Of a DNA stretch of 64,000 nt, positions 27,030 to 37,175 are shown piece by piece. The stretch's first letter is position 1; each line of letters starts with the position of its first letter. The position numbers and the translations under genes were made by a program. Source of the stretch: an uncultured Chloroflexia bacterium (GTDB lineage Bacteria > Chloroflexota > Chloroflexia > Thermomicrobiales > UBA6265); contig CAVVTE010000012.1 in the NCBI GenBank assembly GCA_963751075.1, positions 8,149 to 72,148 on the forward strand, given 5' to 3'. Below the pieces are notes generated by a model, which saw only the letters and a list, made by a program, of their open reading frames with translations, did not search any database and was not told the DNA's origin.

Positions 27030-27326
27030 TGTGCGGCCAGGATTGCTCGTCAACCCGTTGCTGAGGAGGCTACCCTTGGCAGTCTCTGGTCGGTTCGAAA
27101 CCGATCAGCGAGCGCCAAGTTGCCAACGGATTAGAACCGCGGTGATCAGCGTGGCAGACAAGCAAGAGCAACCGGGGAATGAGATCAGGTCCGACGAGGG
27201 GCACAACGCCCATCCGGTCGAGCCGGCCGAGGGTGCGCGTGAGCCGGGCGAGGGTGCGAACGAGCCGCGCCCACCTCATCCGGACGAGCCGGCCGAGGGG
27301 GAGCGGTAGGCGCTACGGTAGCTCTC

Positions 27327-28970
27327 CTATGTAAGGTTCTTATCGAGATACCGGTGAACCGCCTGGACGACGACCGAGCCTTCGCCAACCGCGGAGGCAA
27401 CGCGCTTGACCGAGCCACTACGAACATCGCCAACGGCGAAAACACCGGGGAGGCTGGTCTCATAGGGTGATTTGAAATCGGCTAGTTCGACATCGTTCGT
27501 GGCCGCAACGCCGGTCAGGACGAAACCGCGCTCGTCGAGGTCGATCGCTCCCTGCAGCCAGTCGGTACATGGATCGGACCCGATCATCACAAACACGGCG
27601 CGGGCCGCGATCGTCTCTCGCTGTCCACGGCCATTGACGACGGCAACCGACTCCAGCTGCTCGCGGCCTTGCAATACCTGGACTTCCGTCCCCGTGTGGA
27701 TGCGCACGTTCGGCGCGTGCTGCAAGCGGGAAACCAGGTATTGCGACATGCTGTTGCCGAGGACTGGTCCCCGGTAGACGAGGTGGACGCAACGAGCAGT
27801 TTCGGCGAGAAACATCGCCGCCTGCCCGGCAGAGTTGCCACCGCCGACTACGACAACCTCAGTGTTGCGACACCGTCTGGCCTCGAGATCGGTGGCGGCG
27901 TAGAAGATGCCGGCGCCGTCGAAGCGCTCCTGATCGGGCAGGCCGAGTCGCCGGTAGCGAGCTCCGGTGGCAATGATCACACTTCGCCCGCGTAACTCGG
28001 ACCTGTCGTCGAGGCACACGACATAGTGCTCATCCTCACGGGACAACGCGGTCGCCCGCCGCGGCACCGTAACCCGGGCCCCAAATTTCACCGCCTGTAC
28101 CTCAGACCGGAACGCCAGTTCTCCACCGGAGATTCCGGTGGGGAAGCCAAGGTAGTTTTCGATACGCGACGACGTGCCGGCCTGCCCGCCGATCGCCAGG
28201 TCGTCGACGGCGACGGTCGTCAGTCCTTCCGAGGCTCCATACACCGCGGCCGAGAGCCCGGCGGGTCCAGCGCCGACGACCACGAGATCGGCCGGAGCGT
28301 CCTGATGGACGACCAGGTCGAGACCGAGCGCCTTGGCCAGGTAGAGGTTGCTGGGATTGCGGAGCGCCTTTTCTCCACGGACTACGACCCAGACGTCGCT
28401 TTCGCCATCGGAATGGAATCGGTCCAGCAGTGCTACTGCGGCCGGATCGTCCGGCGGGAACCAGCGGCTAGGGATGCGATTACGCGAGACAAACTCCTGC
28501 AAGCGCAACGTGTTGGCCGACGATTCCGGACCAATCAGCGTCAGGGTCGACGCCGCCACGCGCATCAAGAGCTGGCGGCGCCGGGAAAATGCCGTAATCA
28601 GCAGGTCGCTGAGGACCGGGATGGTCTCGATCGCCGCGTGAACGCCCGCCGGTGGGACCAGGAGCACTTCACCCGGCTCGCGGACGACGCAGGCGGCAAA
28701 CACAGTCTGACCGGTGAGCAGCCCAAGCTCACCATTGAACCCCCCAGGCCCAGTCGTCGTGATCAGCTGATCGTCGTCTTCCGAGCGGTTTATGATCGCG
28801 GTCTGGCCCGAGAGGACGACGACAAGGGGGTACGTCCTGTCCCCCACTTCGTAGAGCACGTCACCGCTTTGCGTCGATCGCACTTCGCCAAATGGGCGAA
28901 GCAGATTGATCTGGTCGTCGGTCAGGACCGGAAACGCCTGCCGCTCGAACTCGGGTGCGGGATCGCTCAT
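27327..28970 (-). CDS. cyclic-nucleotide-binding domain fused to a thioredoxin-reductase-like FAD/NAD(P) oxidoreductase
   Basis: The N-terminal cNMP-binding-like region includes FGELGLLTGQ. It is followed by VVVGAGPAGLSAAVYGASEG, VVVVGGGNSAGQAA and GVFAVGDVR. Confidence 0.8.
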   Translation of the reverse strand: MSDPAPEFERQAFPVLTDDQINLLRPFGEVRSTQSGDVLYEVGDRTYPLVVVLSGQTAIINRSEDDDQLITTTGPGGFNGELGLLTGQTVFAACVVREPGEVLLVPPAGVHAAIETIPVLSDLLITAFSRRRQLLMRVAASTLTLIGPESSANTLRLQEFVSRNRIPSRWFPPDDPAAVALLDRFHSDGESDVWVVVRGEKALRNPSNLYLAKALGLDLVVHQDAPADLVVVGAGPAGLSAAVYGASEGLTTVAVDDLAIGGQAGTSSRIENYLGFPTGISGGELAFRSEVQAVKFGARVTVPRRATALSREDEHYVVCLDDRSELRGRSVIIATGARYRRLGLPDQERFDGAGIFYAATDLEARRCRNTEVVVVGGGNSAGQAAMFLAETARCVHLVYRGPVLGNSMSQYLVSRLQHAPNVRIHTGTEVQVLQGREQLESVAVVNGRGQRETIAARAVFVMIGSDPCTDWLQGAIDLDERGFVLTGVAATNDVELADFKSPYETSLPGVFAVGDVRSGSVKRVASAVGEGSVVVQAVHRYLDKNLT

Positions 28971-29411
28971 GGGTCTCCTCGCCTTAGTCTTGGACCTTGC
29001 CCATTGGCGCCAGGCGTTTCACCTGTCACGGCGACCCATCTGGACGCCGCCATTCCGGACCGCGGTGAACCCGGCATACCTCCAATGGGCGGAACTCTGG
29101 TTCGGCTGTCGGCATTGTGGATCACGTAACGGTTCGGCGAACAGCACCGAGGTAGACAGTCCCTCGATAGACACGACGAGTTTCAACGCACGATTGCCGG
29201 GGATCGCCGCGCGGGGTTTCAGCGGCCGGAGACCCATGTTATCGTTCGCCGGCCGCTGCGCGATTGTTTCTCAACGCCACACATGCGCGGGGTCAGCTCG
29301 CAGCCGGCTCGATCGCGACCGATGGGCAAAACGAGTGCCCACGTCTCGGATTTGCCCGTGGAAACCGACGCATCCCACAGCGAAGCGCCCTTCCTCGTCC
29401 CTCCCCCCATC

Positions 29412-31197
29412 ATGGGAAGCGAAGACGTGACCGGGGCTGAGCGCAGCGCGGTTCCCGCCGGCATCCGGGTGCTGCCAGCCGGGGTGGCGGCGGGGATCGC
29501 GGCGGGAGAGACGATCGAGCGCCCGGCGTCGGTAGTCAAGGAGTTGGTCGAGAATGCGGTCGACGCCGGGGCTACGGCCGTTCGGGTCGATATCCGCGGC
29601 GGCGGACTGGATCTCATCCGGGTTGGCGACGATGGCCGCGGCATCCGCGCCGCCGAACTCTGGCTCGCCTGCCAGCGTCACGCCACCAGCAAGTATCCGG
29701 TCGGCGGGACTCAGCGCGGTGCGCACCCTTGGTTTCCGGGGCGAGGCCCTGCCGAGTATCGCCGGTGTCGCGGAGCTCGATCTCATCTCGGCGACAGGTA
29801 CGGGCGCCGGCTGGCGACTCACTCTGCGTGGCGGACGGGTGTTGCGCGACGAGCCGGCGCCCCGATCCGCCGGCACGACGGTGACCGTGCGTGGCCTCTT
29901 CGCCGATCTCCCGGCCCGTCGTTCGACCTTTACAGGAACCGGGATGCGCGGCGAGACGGCACAGATCGCGACGACGATGCGCCGGCTCGCCCTGGCCGCA
30001 CCCGCGGTGCGGTTCTCCCTTCACCTCGAAGACCGGCTCGTGCTGCAAACCTCAGGGTCCGGCGATCTCCTCACCGCGCTCTCCGAGATCCACGGTCACT
30101 CGCTCGCCGCGTCGCTTGCCCGGCTGGGACCGATTGAAGTCGCGGGGGCAACGATCCGTGGCGCAATCGCGGGAGCTGAGGTCACCCGACCTGGCCGCGC
30201 CGGGGTGACGCTGCTCGTCAACGCGAGGCCGGTCTACGGCCGCGGTCTGCAATCGGCACTGGAGTCGGCCTATCGCCCGCTTCTGCCACGGGGCCGGCAC
30301 CCGGTCCTCCTCCTGGCGATCGACGTCGATCCGCCGCGAGTCGACGTCAACGTTCATCCGGGTAAGCTGGAGGTCCGGCTCCGGGACGAGCGCGAGATTG
30401 CGGCCGCCATGGCGGAGTTGGTTCGGGATGCGCTCGGTCGCCGACCACTGCGACTGCGCTGGGAGCCGCTCACCGGCGCGGCAGCGCTAGCGCGGGATGC
30501 CGAATCCGCACTCGCCGAATCAGCAGATCCCTGGGACGACGCCTCGCCGATCGTGACGCCAGGACTCCCGGAGCTGCGCCTCGTCGGCCAGGTTGGGGCA
30601 CGGCTTCTCCTGCTGGAAGGGGACGCCGGACTCTACCTCGTCGATCAGCACCGTGCCCACGAGCGCATTCTGTATGAGAGAATGCGTGTCTTCCATGATG
30701 ACGGCGATGGGATCGGTGCGGCCGTGGAAGCGGTCGCGCTCCCCGAACCGCTGCTGATCGAAGTCAGCCTTCCTCAAGCCGCGGCGCTCGGGCGGCGACT
30801 CGGTGAGCTGGGTGCGCTCGGGTTCGCGCTGGAGGAGTTCGGCGGCCGGGCCTTCCTCCTGCGATCGGCGCCGGTCCTGCCCGGGGTCCTGCCGGGTGGA
30901 GGCGGTGCGCTTGCCCGGATGGATCTCGCCGAGCCACATGTTCTAAGCGAAGCTCTGGCGGTGGTTGCCGATGAGGCTGAGCGGGCCGGCGACGGCGAGA
31001 CGTGGCAGGAGCGGCTCCTCGTGCGCCTCTCGTGCCGCACCGCGGTCCGCCGCGGCCGCGTGCTCGACCGGCCGGCGATGCGGGCGCTGGTCGAAGGCCT
31101 GGGGCACACCGCCGCCCCGGCTGTCTGCCCGCACGGCTCACCGCTGCTCATGCACGTGGGCGCGGAGGCGCTGGAACGGCAGTTCGGATGGTCGTGA
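29412..31197 (+). pseudogene. mutL: DNA mismatch repair protein MutL with an apparent +1 nt frameshift at ~29694-29697
   Basis: [27 protein letters not shown]...CQRHATSK is in frame 0 (ORF 29283..30137). [24 protein letters not shown]... through the C-terminal dimerisation domain is in frame 1 (ORF 29554..31197). AAG T ATC CGG would read K-I-R without the extra T. Confidence 0.8.
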
Positions 31198-31252
31198 AAC
31201 CGAGTTCGTGATCTCACCTGGGAGATGGTGTCGCATTCGGAAAGGGAGAACC

Positions 31253-32305
31253 ATGAGTAGGAAACGCGTCGCTCGTCTCTTGGTCAGTCTCGGCATGCTC
31301 GTTGCGACAGTGGGTTCACTCACGCCAGTCGCGATGGCACAGGAGGCTACGCCAGCAGCCGGGTGCGCAGCAGCGACGCCGGATGAGAACCTCGCGGTCG
31401 TGCACAGGTTCTTCGAGGAGGGCGTCAACCGCGGCGATCTGGCTTTCTTTGATAGCGTCGCGTCGCCCGAGATCATCTATTACGGCGCCACCGTCGGCGA
31501 CGAAAGCGGGTTGGAGGCGCTGAAGCGGATCTACGGTGAGGCGCTGACCGGTTTCCCGGGCATCCAGTACACCCTTCTTTCATCGGTCGCCAGCGAGGAT
31601 GTGGTCGCCGTTCGCTACGGCGTTGAAGGCGTGCACAGCGGCGATTTTCGCGGTCTGCCCCCGACCGGCAACACCATCACCTGGAATCACAGCGCATTCG
31701 CGCGGGTGGAGTGCGGGCAGATCACCGAGATGTGGGCCGAGGTCGATCAGCTCGACCGGCTCAGGCAGTTCGGCGTCCTTGCCGAAGAAGGACCGGCGGC
31801 ACGGATGGCTGGACTGCCAGCACATCCCGCGGCCACCCCGCAAGCGGCTGATGACCCCGCCAGCTGCGACCCACAAAGCCCCGAGGACGCAGTCGCCATA
31901 GTCGACCGGCTCCGCGCCGAGGTCTACAACGAAGGAAACGTCGACGTCATGCCGGAGATCTTCGCCGAAGGCTATCTGCATGGATCGGCGAATGGGCCGG
32001 ACGCGATCGGGATCGCCGAAGGTGCGAAGCAGATCAGCGGCTTCCTGACCGCGCTGCCTGATCTGGAATGGACGTTTGACCAGGTGATCGCCGAGGGGGA
32101 CCAGGTGGCCGTGCGGTGGACGATCCGCGGGACGCACGACGGCGACCTGCTCGGCTTCGCCGCGACCGGGAACCCGGTAGAGTACACGGGCATCTCGTTC
32201 TTTACGGTCCAGTGCGGAAAGATCGTCGAGTTTCAGACCGAGATGGACGCCGCCGGCCTGCTGGAGCAAGTCGGGGCGCCAGTGCGGAGCGACGAGAGTC
32301 GGTGA
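31253..32305 (+). CDS. secreted protein with two SnoaL-like (ester cyclase) domains
   Basis: AAAGGGAGA lies before the ATG at 31253. Signal peptide is MSRKRVARLLVSLGMLVATVGSLTPVAMAQE. There are two NTF2-like repeats (first domain NLAVVHRFFEEGVNRGDL...). Confidence 0.65.
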   Translation: MSRKRVARLLVSLGMLVATVGSLTPVAMAQEATPAAGCAAATPDENLAVVHRFFEEGVNRGDLAFFDSVASPEIIYYGATVGDESGLEALKRIYGEALTGFPGIQYTLLSSVASEDVVAVRYGVEGVHSGDFRGLPPTGNTITWNHSAFARVECGQITEMWAEVDQLDRLRQFGVLAEEGPAARMAGLPAHPAATPQAADDPASCDPQSPEDAVAIVDRLRAEVYNEGNVDVMPEIFAEGYLHGSANGPDAIGIAEGAKQISGFLTALPDLEWTFDQVIAEGDQVAVRWTIRGTHDGDLLGFAATGNPVEYTGISFFTVQCGKIVEFQTEMDAAGLLEQVGAPVRSDESR

Positions 32306-32444
32306 GTCGGTGAGTCGGTGAGTCGGTCAGGGAGCAGAGAGTCGATGCGTCGATGATATGCCAAGGTGGCGAGTCAAGTCTTGGACTAGGCTTCCTCATA
32401 GTGAACTAGCTAACCGACTTGCCGACTGACCGACTCACCGACTC
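32296..32444. repeat. octamer repeats (GAGTCGGT)n at 32296-32330 and their inverted copies at 32414-32444, flanking ~83 nt of lower-GC DNA
   Basis: GAGTCGGTGAGTCGGTGAGTCGGTGAGTCGGTCAG pairs with CTGACCGACTCACCGACTC. Confidence 0.7.
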
Positions 32445-32461
32445 CGTAACCGGAGGAACCC

Positions 32462-33559
32462 ATGCCCACACTCTGGGGACGGCAGTTCACGCGTGAAGAG
32501 CTGATGCAGCGCATCGGCCGGCTCGATCAGGTCGCCGGGGTGCGCCTGGTGGAGCGAAGCGACGGCATGGAGCGGGGCGTGCGTGTCCTCGAGTTTCGCA
32601 CCGGCTCGGGGTTCAGCTTCGACGTCATGGTCGACCGCGCGATGGACATTGGTCGCTGCGAGCACGATGGCCGCGCCCTCGGCTGGCAGAGCGCGACCGG
32701 GTTCATCGGCCCGTGGTACTACGAGCCGGAGGAGCTGGGCTGGCTGCGTGGTTTTGGCGGCGGGTTGCTGACGACGTGCGGCATGGAGCATGCGCTCTTC
32801 ATGGCCGAGGACACCGCGGCCCACTACAACTACCCGCCGAAGGAGACCGAACGCTTCGGCCTGCATGGCCGGGTGTCGTACTTGCCGGCGACCTTATCCG
32901 GGTACGGCGCGCGCTGGGACGGCGACGAATGCACCCTCTGGGCCGAAGGGGAGATTTTGCAAGCGGCGGTCTTCGGGGAGCATCTGACCCTGCACCGCCG
33001 TGTCGAGACGAAAGTTGGCGAGAACCGGCTGACGATTCACGACGAGGTGACCAACGTGGGCTGGGTCCCGACGCCTCACATGTACCTGTATCACATCAAC
33101 GTCGGCTTTCCGGCGCTGGACGACGGCTCCGAGCTGCTGATCCCCGCCAGTAATCCGACACCTCGAGGGGATCATGCGGTTGAGGGCTACCGACGGTTCC
33201 ACGGCCCGACAGCGAATTACACCGAGCAAGTGACCGAGCACGACGTGCACGCCGAACCGGACGGATCGGTGCCGGTGGCAGTAGCTAACCGAGCCACGGG
33301 ATTTGGCGCCTACGAGGTGTTCAACCGTAACCAATTGCCGCGCCACTTCATCTGGCGCATGCTCGGCCAGGGCACGTATGTCGTCGGTATCGAGCCGAGC
33401 ACGAATCGCACCTCCGGACGCCTCCCCGCGCGGGAGGCGGGCGAGCTGATCGTGTTGCAACCGAGCGAGTCGCGGACATACGATCTGGAGCTTGGCGCGT
33501 TGGACGGAAATGACGCGATCGAGGCATTCGCGGCGCGGGTAGCGGCTTTGGAGTCGTGA
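32462..33559 (+). CDS. aldose-1-epimerase-like (DUF4432-type) protein
   Basis: The translation resembles the mutarotase-fold DUF4432 family (GVRVLEFRTGSGFSFDVMVDRAMDIG...LLTTCGMEH), from memory. Confidence 0.55.
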   Translation: MPTLWGRQFTREELMQRIGRLDQVAGVRLVERSDGMERGVRVLEFRTGSGFSFDVMVDRAMDIGRCEHDGRALGWQSATGFIGPWYYEPEELGWLRGFGGGLLTTCGMEHALFMAEDTAAHYNYPPKETERFGLHGRVSYLPATLSGYGARWDGDECTLWAEGEILQAAVFGEHLTLHRRVETKVGENRLTIHDEVTNVGWVPTPHMYLYHINVGFPALDDGSELLIPASNPTPRGDHAVEGYRRFHGPTANYTEQVTEHDVHAEPDGSVPVAVANRATGFGAYEVFNRNQLPRHFIWRMLGQGTYVVGIEPSTNRTSGRLPAREAGELIVLQPSESRTYDLELGALDGNDAIEAFAARVAALES

Positions 33560-33754
33560 AGTCGAGATGAGTCGAGGAGTAAGACGGCGAGACGGCCATT
33601 AGGGGCGACGCGGGCGGCTGGTCCTCACCCCCTAACCCCCTCTCCCGTCGGAGCCGGGAGAGGGGGAACGACTCCCTTCTCCCCGTCCCGAGGGGGCTAG
33701 GGGAAAAGAAGTGGTTGGGGATGAGAAGCGTGCGGCGCGAACAGAGGTAGTGCG

Positions 33755-34528
33755 GTGGATCTGGGGCTGAAGGACAAGGTGTACGTCGTCGGAGGCGGGA
33801 GCAAGGGGCTGGGACGGGGCATCGCCCAGGTACTGGTCGCGGAGGGCGCGCGGGTGCTGCTCCTCTCCCGCGATGAGGAGAGTCTCAACCGGGCCATCGC
33901 CGACCTGGGGCCGGCGGCGCGGGGTGTTCCGGCCGACATGGCCTATCCGGGTACGCCGGAGCAGGTCGCCGGCGAGATCGACGCCGAGTTCGGCGGACGG
34001 CTCGACGGCGTCGTGATCAATGCCGGAGGACCGCCGGCCGGGCAGGCGCTGGAGCTCAGCGACGAGCAATGGCTAGCGGCCTATCAGCTCCTCATCGGCG
34101 GGCCGCTCCGACTGCTGCGGGCTCTCGTGCCCAGAATCAACCGGGGCGGGGCGATCCTCTTCGTCACCTCGACCTCGGTGCGGCAGCCGATCCCGAACCT
34201 CGACACCTCGAACGTGCTGCGGCCAGGGGTCGCGGCCCTCGCCAAGACTCTGGCGCATGAGCTGGCTCCGGACATCCGCGTGAACTCGCTTGCCCCCGGT
34301 CGCTTCGACACCGACCGCATCCGCACGCTCGACGCCGGCCGCGCCGAGGCAACAGGCTTGAGCCAGGAGCAGATCGCGGCCGAGGCGAGCAAGGCGATCC
34401 CGATCGGTCGCTATGGCGAGCCGATCGAGTTCGGCCGCTTCGCCGCCTTCCTCCTCTCGCCCGCCGCTTCGTACATCTCCGGGTTGGCGGCACAGGCGGA
34501 CGGGGCGATGGTCACGGCGCTGCCGTAA
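33755..34528 (+). CDS. SDR-family oxidoreductase
   Basis: GGGSKGLGRGIA glycine motif, with a YxxxK-type active-site region. Confidence 0.75.
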   Translation: MDLGLKDKVYVVGGGSKGLGRGIAQVLVAEGARVLLLSRDEESLNRAIADLGPAARGVPADMAYPGTPEQVAGEIDAEFGGRLDGVVINAGGPPAGQALELSDEQWLAAYQLLIGGPLRLLRALVPRINRGGAILFVTSTSVRQPIPNLDTSNVLRPGVAALAKTLAHELAPDIRVNSLAPGRFDTDRIRTLDAGRAEATGLSQEQIAAEASKAIPIGRYGEPIEFGRFAAFLLSPAASYISGLAAQADGAMVTALP

Positions 34529-34544
34529 TCGAGGAGTATCGGAG

Positions 34545-35426
34545 ATGATCGCTACCAAGACCCGACCCTCGCTCGACGAGCTGCGTCGCAGGAGCGCCGA
34601 GGCGCGCAAGCTGATCGTGCAGGCCATCCACCAGGCGGGAGCGGGGCATCTCGGGGGGCCGCTCTCGGCGACCGACATCCTCACCGCGCTCTACTTCGAT
34701 CAGATGAACGTCGACCCCAGCAATCCTGATTGGGCCGAGCGAGACCGCTTCATCCTCAGTAAGGGGCACTCCTCGATCGCGCTCTACACGGTGCTCGCGA
34801 TGCGTGGCTACTTCCCGGTCGAGGAGCTCAACACCTTCGACGCCGCCCACTCGCGCTTGCAGGGGCACCCGGACATGCACGCCCTACCCGGATTGGAGAT
34901 GTCGACCGGGTCATTGGGCCAGGGGCTCTCGCCGGGCGCGGGCATGGCGTTGGGAGCGAAGGTGCGCGGCGAGACGTTCCACACCTGGGTGATGGTCGGC
35001 GACGGCGAGATCCAGGAAGGCCAGATCTGGGAGGCGGCGTTCATGGCCGCTCGCTACCGACTCGACAATCTCACGGCCATCCTCGACTACAACGGGCTGC
35101 CCCAGTTTGGCTGGCCACAGGCGGGCGGGTTCACCCGCGATACCCCGATCGACGATCCGGGCGCCAAGTTCCGGGCGTTCGGCTGGCATGTCATCGAATG
35201 CGATGGCCACGACCAGGCGAGCATCCGCGAGGCGTTCGACGCGGCACAGGCCTTCACCGGGGAGCCAACCTGCGTCGTCGCACACACCGTCAAGGGGAAG
35301 GGAGTCTCCTTCATGGAAGGGGACTTCAACTGGCACGCCAAGGTGCCGAGCGACGAGCAGCTCGCGGACGCGCTGGCCGAGCTCGACGCCCAGTTGGCCG
35401 CGATCGGGGATGGAGAGGCGGCGTGA
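34545..35426 (+). CDS. transketolase, N-terminal (TPP-binding) subunit
   Basis: Contains AGAGHLGGPLSATDILTALYF and SKGHSSIALY. ATG at 34545. Confidence 0.85.
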   Translation: MIATKTRPSLDELRRRSAEARKLIVQAIHQAGAGHLGGPLSATDILTALYFDQMNVDPSNPDWAERDRFILSKGHSSIALYTVLAMRGYFPVEELNTFDAAHSRLQGHPDMHALPGLEMSTGSLGQGLSPGAGMALGAKVRGETFHTWVMVGDGEIQEGQIWEAAFMAARYRLDNLTAILDYNGLPQFGWPQAGGFTRDTPIDDPGAKFRAFGWHVIECDGHDQASIREAFDAAQAFTGEPTCVVAHTVKGKGVSFMEGDFNWHAKVPSDEQLADALAELDAQLAAIGDGEAA

Positions 35427-36412
35427 GCAGCGCGACGTTGAAAACGCAACGCATCGAGCCATTGCCGCTGGCCGGCGCGGAGCAGCAAGCGCTGCGCGAG
35501 GTCTGGGGACAGACCCTCGTCGAGTTGGCGGCGGACTTCTCCGATCTGGTCGTGCTCGACGGCGATCTCGCCAACTCCACCCGCGCCGACATCTTCGCCG
35601 CGGCGGTCCCGGATCGCTTCTTCGAGATGGGGATCGCCGAGCAGAACATGGTCGGGGTCGCGGCGGGGATGGCAACGCTTGGGTTCGTGCCCTGGCTCTC
35701 GACCTTCGCCGCCTTCATGGCCAACCGCGCCACCGACCAGGTTCGTATCGTCGTGGCCCAGCCGCATCTGAACGTCAAGATGTGTGGCGGCTACACCGGC
35801 ATCCTCACCGGCAAGACCGGCAAGACGCATCAGAGCGTCGAGGACATCGCCATCTTCCGGGCCATGCCGGGCGTTGTCACCCTGGCCCCGGCTGATGGGG
35901 TCGAGTTGCGCTCGGCGATGCGCGCCATGATGGAGACGCCTGGTCCCATGTACCTGCGGGTCACGCGCGATCCCTCGCCGGTGATCTTCCCGGATGACTA
36001 CAGGTTTCAGATTGGCCCCGGCGTGCTGCTGCGCGAAGGCGCCGATATCGGCCTCATTGGTACCGGCGTGCAGACGGTGCGCGTGCTGGAGGCGGCTGAT
36101 CTGCTCGCCGCTGAGGGGATCGCGGCAAGCGTGCTGCACCTACCGACGCTGAAACCGATTGACGGAGACGCCATTGTCGCGCTCGCGGAGCGGACCGGCC
36201 GCATCGTCACCGCCGAGGATCACTCGATCATCGGCGGGCTAGGCAGCGCCGTGGCCGAAATCCTTGGCGAGCGCCGCCCGACACCGATGCGCCGGATTGG
36301 CCTCCGCGACGTCTACGGCGAGTCCGCCCCGAACGACTATCTGCTTGAGGCCTACGAGATCTCGGCCAGCCACGTTGCGACAGCAGCGCGAGAGCTGATT
36401 CAGGCAAATTGA
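35423..36412 (+). CDS. transketolase, C-terminal (pyrimidine-binding) subunit
   Basis: GTG overlaps the preceding stop (GTGA). Contains FFEMGIAEQNMVGVAAGMA. Confidence 0.85.
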   Translation: MSSATLKTQRIEPLPLAGAEQQALREVWGQTLVELAADFSDLVVLDGDLANSTRADIFAAAVPDRFFEMGIAEQNMVGVAAGMATLGFVPWLSTFAAFMANRATDQVRIVVAQPHLNVKMCGGYTGILTGKTGKTHQSVEDIAIFRAMPGVVTLAPADGVELRSAMRAMMETPGPMYLRVTRDPSPVIFPDDYRFQIGPGVLLREGADIGLIGTGVQTVRVLEAADLLAAEGIAASVLHLPTLKPIDGDAIVALAERTGRIVTAEDHSIIGGLGSAVAEILGERRPTPMRRIGLRDVYGESAPNDYLLEAYEISASHVATAARELIQAN

Positions 36413-36708
36413 GTTAACAAGAACAGTCGGCGGAGAGAACGATCACGCTCTATTCCAAGCCGCCGGCTGCCCAAGCGAAACAGGCTGGTACCTTGAGCCA
36501 GCCTGTTTCATTGAGGTCGAACTCTGGGATTAGCAGCGACTCCACAAGACGAAATCGGATCGTGCATCTCACGAATGCATGAGTTGCACCGTGGTCCTGA
36601 ATGCCGGCAGATTGATATGTCGCTGCCTTTCAGCAGGAGCTAGTGGAGTAACGAGATCCTGCGAGTTCGTGCCTCAGGATGCCACGATGCTCGGTTGCCG
36701 CTGCCCGT

Positions 36709-36774
36709 CTAGAGAACCCAGATGAGCAGAATGATCACCAGGATGACCAGGAGCACGCCACCACCGATATACAT
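36709..36774 (-). CDS. candidate 21-aa hydrophobic peptide MYIGGGVLLVILVIILLIWVL
   Basis: GGGAGGAGGTG lies 8 nt upstream of the ATG. The peptide is a single TM-like helix in an otherwise non-coding 760-nt gap. Confidence 0.4.
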   Translation of the reverse strand: MYIGGGVLLVILVIILLIWVL

Positions 36775-37175
36775 AGCTTTCGCACCTCCTCCCTATCCAT
36801 AGAGCAGGAATCGCGCCAGCCGCGTGGTCCCGCGGTTAGATGCACGTTCCGCTGGCAGAGTGGGAACCGCGCCTGATACTGAATTCGGGTGATGCCGTCG
36901 TTGGGTGGCGGGGGCGGGGCAATCTGAGGCCGGATGAGCGTTGGAAAGGCTGCAAAGGCTGCAAAGGCTGCAAAGGCTACGAGAGGCAGGGCGGGGGACC
37001 CGGCGGCAGTAGCGGGGGTCCGCCGGCCATCACCCGGTTCTCGATCGAGGGATGTGTAGTCGATTTTCGTTTCCACGCTTCTGAGAGACAGCCATTCCGG
37101 CGTCAACGCGCGATCACACCAGGCGAAAAACGCCCGCCGCAGTTCACGAGCAGGCGTTGGGCCGGTACGGCGCAG

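Noticed and set aside
27013-27309. 98-aa ORF after the phosphoesterase gene (PAEGAREPGEGANEP-type low-complexity C-terminus)
   Set aside because: It has no convincing RBS or start, low-complexity composition and no family resemblance. The evidence is insufficient for a call.
36945-36981. 9-mer x4 repeat AAAGGCTGC as a coding collagen-like or lipoprotein repeat
   Set aside because: No supporting ORF with a start and RBS includes it in a sensible frame. It is treated as a simple microsatellite-like repeat.
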